Assembly: GCA_964466835.1 (NCBI GenBank)
Contig: CAYXNV010000002.1
Coordinates: 3,779 to 67,778, forward strand
DNA from: an uncultured Gammaproteobacteria bacterium
GTDB lineage: Bacteria > Patescibacteriota > Patescibacteriia > Patescibacteriales > UBA12465
Length of the DNA stretch: 64,000 nt
Reading direction: 5' to 3'
Positions within the stretch are counted from its first letter, which is position 1. The number at the start of each line of letters is the position of its first letter. Positions 58,097 through 64,000 of the stretch are shown in pieces. The notes beneath the pieces are model-generated. The model was not told the DNA's origin. It did no database searches and saw only the letters and a list, made by a program, of their open reading frames with translations. The position numbers and the translations under genes are program-made.

Positions 58097-59395
58097 ATGT
58101 CAAGAATTTTAATTGCTGAGGCCAAAAAACAAGGCAAGGGAAAAGTAAGTATCGCTGGCTGGGTGCGTAATATTCGTGCTCATAAAGGCGTTATTTTTGT
58201 AGATTTGTGCGATATCTCTGATATCATGCAGATTGTTTTTGTAGCTGGCAATAATAATTATGACATGATTGAGAAGCTACAATTAGAAAGTGTGATTGAA
58301 GTAGTTGGTGCTCTCCAGGAGAAACCCAACAAAGACAAAGAAGCCCCCAAGGATTATGAGTTAGCAGTAGAAGAAGTAAAATTAATCTCAGCGGCTGAAG
58401 AAAATCTACCAATTCCAGTTTTAACTAAAACTGATAATGAAGCTAATTTAGATAATCGTTTTGACTGGCGCTGGCTGGACCTCCGGCGACAGGAAAACCA
58501 GATGATTTTTAAACTCTGGAGTAAATTAGAAGAAGGTTTCCGTGATTATTTTCTCGCTAATAACTTTATTCAAATCTATACCCCTTGTTTCATGAATACG
58601 GCCAGTGAAAGTGGTTCTGAAGTATTTGAAGTAAAATATTTTGAGAAGAAGGCTTATTTATCTCAATCTCCTCAATTCTATAAACAAATGGCAATGTCCT
58701 CTGGCCTAGAAAAGGTCTTTACCTTTGGACCAGTTTTTAGAGCAGAACCATCCTTTACCTCTCGTCATGTAACTGAATTCACTGGTTGGGATTTTGAGAT
58801 CTCTTATATCAATTCCCATATTAATGTGATGGATGTAGAGGAGGAATTATTGGTATCTGGCTTTAAAAAGGTGAAAGAAGATTTAAATTTAGAGATTGAA
58901 GTCCCTAGCCAACCTTTCCCTCGTATTACTTTAGCTGAAGCTAAGAAGAAATTAAAAGAGGCTGGTGTTAAGAGTGAAAAAGACTTTGATTTTTCAACTG
59001 AGGAAGAAAAAGAACTGGGAGATATTATTAAGAAAGAAACTGGTCACGATTTTGTTTTTGTAACTGATTATCCGATTGAGGCTCGTCCTTTCTATCACAT
59101 GCGTTATGAAGATAAACCAGAGATTACTAAGAGTTTTGATTTATTGTATCGAGGCTTAGAAATAACTACTGGTGCTCAACGTGAACATCGAGTTGAGGTA
59201 TTAGAAAAACAAGCGCTAGAAAAAGGAATGAATTTAGAAGAGTTAAAAGATTATATTAATTTCTTCCGCTATGGTTGTCCTAGTCATGGTGGAGTTGGTA
59301 TTGGGCCAGCTAGGATTATTATGAAGATATTGGGGTTAAATAATATTAAAGAAGCTTGCTTCTTGCCTCGAGATGTAAAAAGATTAACTCCCTAA
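58097..59395 (+). CDS. aspS: Aspartyl-tRNA synthetase, archaeal/short type
   Basis: N-terminal OB fold; class II motif 2 [15 protein letters not shown]; motif 3 [10 protein letters not shown]; 432 aa. Confidence 0.8.
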   Translation: MSRILIAEAKKQGKGKVSIAGWVRNIRAHKGVIFVDLCDISDIMQIVFVAGNNNYDMIEKLQLESVIEVVGALQEKPNKDKEAPKDYELAVEEVKLISAAEENLPIPVLTKTDNEANLDNRFDWRWLDLRRQENQMIFKLWSKLEEGFRDYFLANNFIQIYTPCFMNTASESGSEVFEVKYFEKKAYLSQSPQFYKQMAMSSGLEKVFTFGPVFRAEPSFTSRHVTEFTGWDFEISYINSHINVMDVEEELLVSGFKKVKEDLNLEIEVPSQPFPRITLAEAKKKLKEAGVKSEKDFDFSTEEEKELGDIIKKETGHDFVFVTDYPIEARPFYHMRYEDKPEITKSFDLLYRGLEITTGAQREHRVEVLEKQALEKGMNLEELKDYINFFRYGCPSHGGVGIGPARIIMKILGLNNIKEACFLPRDVKRLTP

Positions 59396-59399
59396 TCCT

Positions 59400-60779
59400 A
59401 TGACTAAAATTTCAATAAAATCACTATACCGAGATACAGATAAGTATCTCAATAAAACTATTACCGTGGCTGGTTGGATAAGAACAGTTCGAAGCTCTAA
59501 AGAGTTCGGATTCATTGAGTTAAATGATGGCTCCTTTTTCAAGGGTGTTCAAGTTGTTTTTGATAATAAATTAAAGAATTTTTCTGAGATTGAGAAAACT
59601 AATATTGGTTCTTCTATCACCGCTACTGGCAAATTAATTAAATCTCCTGGCGAAGGTCAGTCATTTGAATTGAAAGCAGATGAAATTGAAGTGGTTAGTT
59701 TAGCTGAGGTTGATTTTCCTCTCCAGAAAAAAAGGCATAGTTTTGAATTTCTCCGGACAATTGCTCATCTAAGAGGACGAAGTAATACCTTTTCCGCTGT
59801 TTTTCGTCTCCGATCAGTTCTTAGTTGTGCTATTCATGATTTTTTCAAAGAAGAAGGCTTTGTTTATATCCATACCCCAATTGTCTCTACTAGTGACTGT
59901 GAAGGAGCAGGAGAAATGTTTCAAGTAACAACTTTATTAGGTAAAACAGATAAAGATAAAATTGATTATAGTAAAGATTTTTTTGGTAAACGAACCGGAT
60001 TAACCGTTAGTGGTCAATTAAATGCTGAAGCCTTGATTATGGGTTTAGACAAGGTCTATACTTTTGGTCCCACTTTTAGAGCCGAGAATTCTAACACCAC
60101 TCGTCATGCTTCTGAGTTTTGGATGATGGAACCAGAAATGGCTTGGGCTGATCTTAATGACAACATGGACTTGGCTGAGAAAATGTTAAAGTATTTAATT
60201 AAATATGTTCTCAAAGAATTACCAGAAGAAATGGAATTCTTTAATAAATTTATTGACAAAGGAATATTAGATCGTCTCAATAATATTCTTGAGTCTGAAT
60301 TTGTAAGAATTGATTATAGTGAAGCAATAGATATTTTAGAAAAATCAGGTCAGAAATTTGAATATCCAGTTAAATGGGGGATTGATCTCCAGACTGAGCA
60401 TGAACGATATCTGACTGACCAAGTTTATAAGAAACCTGTTTTTGTGATCAATTATCCTAAAGATATCAAAGCTTTCTACATGAGACTTAATGATGATGAT
60501 AAAACAGTAGCGGCTATGGATCTATTAGTACCAGGAGTGGGAGAGATTATTGGTGGTAGCCAGAGGGAAGAGAGGTTAGAAATATTGGAAAAAAGAATGA
60601 AAGAAGCAGGGTTGGAAGTTGAAGATTATCAATGGTATTTAGATCTGCGGAAATATGGCTCAGTTAAACATGCTGGCTTTGGCTTAGGTTTTGAACGCCT
60701 AATCATGTATATTTCTGGCATGGCTAATATCCGTGATGTTATTCCTTTTCCTCGCACCCCTAAAAACGCTGAGTTTTAA
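59400..60779 (+). CDS. asnS: Asparaginyl-tRNA synthetase
   Basis: [21 protein letters not shown]; motif 3 GFGLGFERL. Confidence 0.85.
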   Translation: MTKISIKSLYRDTDKYLNKTITVAGWIRTVRSSKEFGFIELNDGSFFKGVQVVFDNKLKNFSEIEKTNIGSSITATGKLIKSPGEGQSFELKADEIEVVSLAEVDFPLQKKRHSFEFLRTIAHLRGRSNTFSAVFRLRSVLSCAIHDFFKEEGFVYIHTPIVSTSDCEGAGEMFQVTTLLGKTDKDKIDYSKDFFGKRTGLTVSGQLNAEALIMGLDKVYTFGPTFRAENSNTTRHASEFWMMEPEMAWADLNDNMDLAEKMLKYLIKYVLKELPEEMEFFNKFIDKGILDRLNNILESEFVRIDYSEAIDILEKSGQKFEYPVKWGIDLQTEHERYLTDQVYKKPVFVINYPKDIKAFYMRLNDDDKTVAAMDLLVPGVGEIIGGSQREERLEILEKRMKEAGLEVEDYQWYLDLRKYGSVKHAGFGLGFERLIMYISGMANIRDVIPFPRTPKNAEF

Positions 60780-60799
60780 TTATAATAAATTATAATAAT

Positions 60800-61711
60800 A
60801 TGAAAAATGAACACAATGCTAAATATGCATTTTATTATCTTTTTTCTTTGGTGGCTTTAATATTTATGACCCTATCAGTGGGGATGATTGTTTTTAGTAT
60901 TATTGATCGAACAATTACTGATGTTTTAAGTGATTACTATAACAATAATAATGCTCAACTTAGATTTGCTATATCTGCTCTATTAATTTCCGCGCCAATT
61001 TTCTACATAACTTCTAACTTTATCCAAAGAGGTTTGCGCAAGGAAGAGCTAACAAAAGATTCAGGGGTGCGACGCTGGTTAACTTATTTCATTATTTTAG
61101 TTTCCGCCATTGTTATCCTTGGCGTTTTTATTGGTGTAATTAATAATTTTCTTTCTGGTGAATTAACTAGTCGTTTTGTTTTTAAATCATTAACAGTCTT
61201 TATTATTGCCGCCGCAGTCTTTTCTTTCTATTTATATAATATCAAGAAAGAGGTTGTGATTAAGAAGGACGGAATAACAAAAATATTTTTGATTGTTTCT
61301 CTAATTTTAGTTTCTGCTGCCTTTATTGCCGCTTGGTTTTTTGTGGAATCACCTCGAGCAGCTCGTGATGCTCGCCTTGATCAAACAGTGGTTAATAATA
61401 TCTATCGTTTAGAAAGCGCAGTCAATAGTTATTATGGTAAATATCATAAATTACCTGATAATCTAGAGATGATTTGGAGTGAAGGTAATTTAATTTTAAC
61501 TGAAGAAGCTCTAATCAACCCAGTAACTAGGTTAGAAATTGAGTATAAAAAAATAGATGAAAATAGTTTTGAATTTTGTACCGAATTTAAAACTAACAAC
61601 AAGGATGATATTGATGATAGGTATAGTCCAATTTCAATGATAGAAGATAAGAGGCATGAGGCTGGCTATCAATGTTTAGCTGGTAATCTATGGAATAGAG
61701 TTAATAAATAA
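60800..61711 (+). CDS. Hypothetical membrane protein (4 TM segments plus a C-terminal soluble domain)
   Basis: Hydropathy pattern; no motif recognised. Confidence 0.4.
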   Translation: MKNEHNAKYAFYYLFSLVALIFMTLSVGMIVFSIIDRTITDVLSDYYNNNNAQLRFAISALLISAPIFYITSNFIQRGLRKEELTKDSGVRRWLTYFIILVSAIVILGVFIGVINNFLSGELTSRFVFKSLTVFIIAAAVFSFYLYNIKKEVVIKKDGITKIFLIVSLILVSAAFIAAWFFVESPRAARDARLDQTVVNNIYRLESAVNSYYGKYHKLPDNLEMIWSEGNLILTEEALINPVTRLEIEYKKIDENSFEFCTEFKTNNKDDIDDRYSPISMIEDKRHEAGYQCLAGNLWNRVNK

Positions 61712-61713
61712 TT

Positions 61714-62433
61714 ATGTTAGAATTTACTACGGAAAAATTTTCTGGACCCCTGGGGCTACTTCTAAATTTAATTGAACAAGAAGAAATGGATATTACCGAA
61801 GTTACCTTGGCTAAAATTGCTGATCAATATATAGAATATATAAAGTCAGTGAATGATATTAACCCCGAAGAGATGGCTGACTTCCTTTTGGTCGCTTCTA
61901 AGCTGTTATTTGCTAAATCTAAGGCTCTTTTGCCCTATTTATATACTGGCGATGAAGATGATGAGATTGATGACTTAGAAAGGCAATTAAGGATGTATAA
62001 AGAGTTTGTCATGGCTAGTAAAGGGATAAAAGAAACTATTTTAAAGAAGAAGTTCATGTTTCTGCCTCCTTTAACTAAGAGTCGTCGTAGCCAATTTAAT
62101 CTGCCTGTTTTTACTGAACCAACTAACCTAACAACTGATATTCTAAAAAAAGAGTTTCTCAAGCTATTAACCAATTTAGAAAAGAGAATTGAACCAAAAT
62201 TACCAGAAGAAAAGTTAGAACCAAAAGTTAATATTGAAGAAAAAATTAGTTTAATAAAGAAAATGTTATTAGATAAAATTAAAGTTAGTTTTTCCAAGTT
62301 TGTGGAAACTGCTAAAAGTCGAACAGAGATTGTAGTTAGTTTTCTAGCAATTCTAGAACTAGCCAAGCAACATGAATTAGTTTTTGAGCAAGAAGGACTT
62401 TTTAGTGAAATCCACCTAACACGCAATTCATAA
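61714..62433 (+). CDS. scpA: Segregation and condensation protein A
   Basis: ScpA N-terminal block (FSGPLGLLLNLIEQEEMDITEV). Confidence 0.8.
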   Translation: MLEFTTEKFSGPLGLLLNLIEQEEMDITEVTLAKIADQYIEYIKSVNDINPEEMADFLLVASKLLFAKSKALLPYLYTGDEDDEIDDLERQLRMYKEFVMASKGIKETILKKKFMFLPPLTKSRRSQFNLPVFTEPTNLTTDILKKEFLKLLTNLEKRIEPKLPEEKLEPKVNIEEKISLIKKMLLDKIKVSFSKFVETAKSRTEIVVSFLAILELAKQHELVFEQEGLFSEIHLTRNS

Positions 62434-62434
62434 T

Positions 62435-62989
62435 ATGTCTTTACAATCACAATTAGAATCATTACTATTTGTCGCAATTAAACCTTTATCAGTTAAAGAT
62501 TTAGCTAGCTTAACTAAGTCTAAAGCCAAAGAAGTTGAAGAAGCTTTAAAACAATTAATGATTGATTATCAAGAGAGGGATAGTGGTTTGGCTTTGATTA
62601 AAAATAATAGTCAATATCAACTTACCACCGTAGCTGATAATTCAGCTTTAGTGCAGGAATTTTTAAAAGATGAAACCAGTGGGGAATTAACTCAACCCAG
62701 TCTTGAAGCCCTGACCATTATTGCCTATCGTGGACCTGTTTCTAAATTAGAATTGGAAAGAATTCGGGGAATAAATTGTAGTTTAATCATCCGTAATTTA
62801 TTAATACGTGGCCTAATTGAAGAGAAGTTTGATAAAACAAAAAATGAATATTATTATACGGTTACCCATAACTTTATTCGTTTTTTGGGAATAAATGATA
62901 TTTCTGAATTAACTGATTATGAAAAATTAAATAAATTAGAAACAATTGGGCAAGCACTGGAAAATGGTGACACTAATTTAGTTGAATAA
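62435..62989 (+). CDS. scpB: Segregation and condensation protein B
   Basis: Tandem winged helices (LEALTIIAYRGPVSKLELERIRG). Confidence 0.8.
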   Translation: MSLQSQLESLLFVAIKPLSVKDLASLTKSKAKEVEEALKQLMIDYQERDSGLALIKNNSQYQLTTVADNSALVQEFLKDETSGELTQPSLEALTIIAYRGPVSKLELERIRGINCSLIIRNLLIRGLIEEKFDKTKNEYYYTVTHNFIRFLGINDISELTDYEKLNKLETIGQALENGDTNLVE

Positions 62990-63863
62990 TAAAATGATTT
63001 GGACTTTAATTGCCAATTTAATATCCGCCCTATTGTTTATGCAATTTGATGTCGTAGCTGTTAATCCTAGTTCAGAACTTATCTCTTGGCGGGAAAATGT
63101 AGTGCCAATAGAGCTATCAGCTGAAAGGGGAACAGTATTGGCTGATCAAGATAGAGTTTTCCTATATTCTAAACAAGCTGATGAACCTCAGCCAATTGCT
63201 AGCATCACCAAGTTAATGACCGCTTTAGTGTTTTTAGATAATAATCCTGGCTGGGAAAAAGTTTATAAAATCACCCCAGAAGATCAAGTTAATGGTGGTC
63301 GTTTACATTTATTCTTAGGTGAGAAGGTAAAGGTAAAGGATTTATTCCATGTTGCTCTAATTGCTTCTGATAATGGCGCTACTACCGCTTTAGTTCATTC
63401 AACCGATCTAACCAAGGAAGAGTTTGTTAAAGAAATGAATGAAAAGGCTAAAGCCCTAGGTTTAAGTCAAACTCAGTTTGTTGATCCCACTGGTTTGAGT
63501 GATGACAATATTTCTACTGCTCGTGAAGTTGCTTGGTTGGCTCGAACTGCTTTGAAACAAGCAGATATAAAAGAAATAATTAATAAAAAAGATTATACTT
63601 TCAAAACGATAAATGGTCGAGAAAAAAGAGTTGAATCTACCGATTATCTTTTATTTGATTCAGCTAAAAATTCCTTCCAAGTAATTGGTGGAAAAACCGG
63701 TTACACTGATGGAGCTGGTTATTGCTTTGTGGGACGTTTTCAGAATGAAGACGGTCGAGAATTAATTTCAGTAGTTCTAAACAGTGATGGTCTTAACGAG
63801 CGTTTTCGGGAAAGCAAAAGACTGATAAATTGGTCTTTGAATAGTTATAATTGGAAGGATTAA
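62982..63863 (+). CDS. dacA: D-alanyl-D-alanine carboxypeptidase (peptidase S11, low-MW PBP)
   Basis: SITK (SxxK), SDN and KTG motifs in the correct order. Confidence 0.8.
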   Translation: MNNKMIWTLIANLISALLFMQFDVVAVNPSSELISWRENVVPIELSAERGTVLADQDRVFLYSKQADEPQPIASITKLMTALVFLDNNPGWEKVYKITPEDQVNGGRLHLFLGEKVKVKDLFHVALIASDNGATTALVHSTDLTKEEFVKEMNEKAKALGLSQTQFVDPTGLSDDNISTAREVAWLARTALKQADIKEIINKKDYTFKTINGREKRVESTDYLLFDSAKNSFQVIGGKTGYTDGAGYCFVGRFQNEDGRELISVVLNSDGLNERFRESKRLINWSLNSYNWKD

Positions 63864-63882
63864 TATTAAGAAGAATTAAACT

Positions 63883-64000
63883 ATGCCTATTAATGATTGG
63901 TATTTCAAGTTTCGCAATTTTTTATCAAAAAAGTTCCCTAAAATATATAATTTTTGTAACCGCCGTAAAGCTATTATTAAATTTTTTATTGCTGGTAGCA
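63883..64000 (+). CDS. Start of a hypothetical (possibly GtrA-like membrane) protein; 3' end lies outside the window
   Basis: ATG at 63883, open to the window end. Confidence 0.3.
   Translation, partial: MPINDWYFKFRNFLSKKFPKIYNFCNRRKAIIKFFIAGS

Noticed and set aside
1-64000. CRISPR arrays, tRNA/rRNA genes, IS elements or transposases, prophage genes
   Set aside because: No regularly spaced direct repeats, no cloverleaf-capable intergenic segments of tRNA size, no transposase- or integrase-like ORFs, and no phage structural genes were seen. Intergenic regions are short and occupied by promoters and terminators.

Overview
The window is a low-GC (about 33%), densely packed, standard-genetic-code bacterial segment. 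Gene content and gene architecture match a CPR/Patescibacteria-type reduced genome. Supporting features: there is no rpmD (L30) gene between rpsE and rplO; there are many Zn-ribbon (C+) ribosomal proteins (L36, L28, S14 type Z, S4, and unusually L24); K/E-rich low-complexity tails on S11, S9, L3, L23, L22, S5 and RpoA; a compact AlaRS; and ComEC without its beta-lactamase domain. The window contains five blocks. (1) A cell-shape and surface-glycan block: mreBCD, a second mreB paralog, an orphan CheY-like receiver, rmlB and an RmlC-like gene, a HIT protein, a pfkB kinase, a secreted subtilase fused to an FG-GAP propeller, a UXS-like dehydratase, and a minus-strand glycosyltransferase operon ending in a degenerate PilT-like ATPase. 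(2) A divergently transcribed peptidoglycan block: mraY, ftsW, murG, murC, a hypothetical, an ABC exporter, murB, a MazG-like gene and alaS. murD is absent between mraY and ftsW. (3) A GC-elevated two-gene cassette at 24040-25232 encoding a lipoprotein and a Cys-containing protein with an N-terminal hydrophobic segment; it has its own near-consensus promoter and terminators and looks horizontally acquired. (4) A large translation block. A relocated alpha operon (infA-rpmJ-rpsM-rpsK-rpsD-rpoA-rplQ-rplM-rpsI) sits behind a textbook sigma70 promoter. It is followed by prfB, a repeat protein, comEC and rpmB(-). Then come the str operon (rpsL-rpsG-fusA, two inserted small acidic ORFs, tuf), rpsJ, a 199-nt structured gap, and the S10/spc operons through secY. 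Two unknown ORFs occupy the usual adk slot before map. (5) ruvX, recO, aspS, asnS, scpA, scpB and a D-Ala-D-Ala carboxypeptidase. No tRNA, rRNA, CRISPR array or transposase was recognised.
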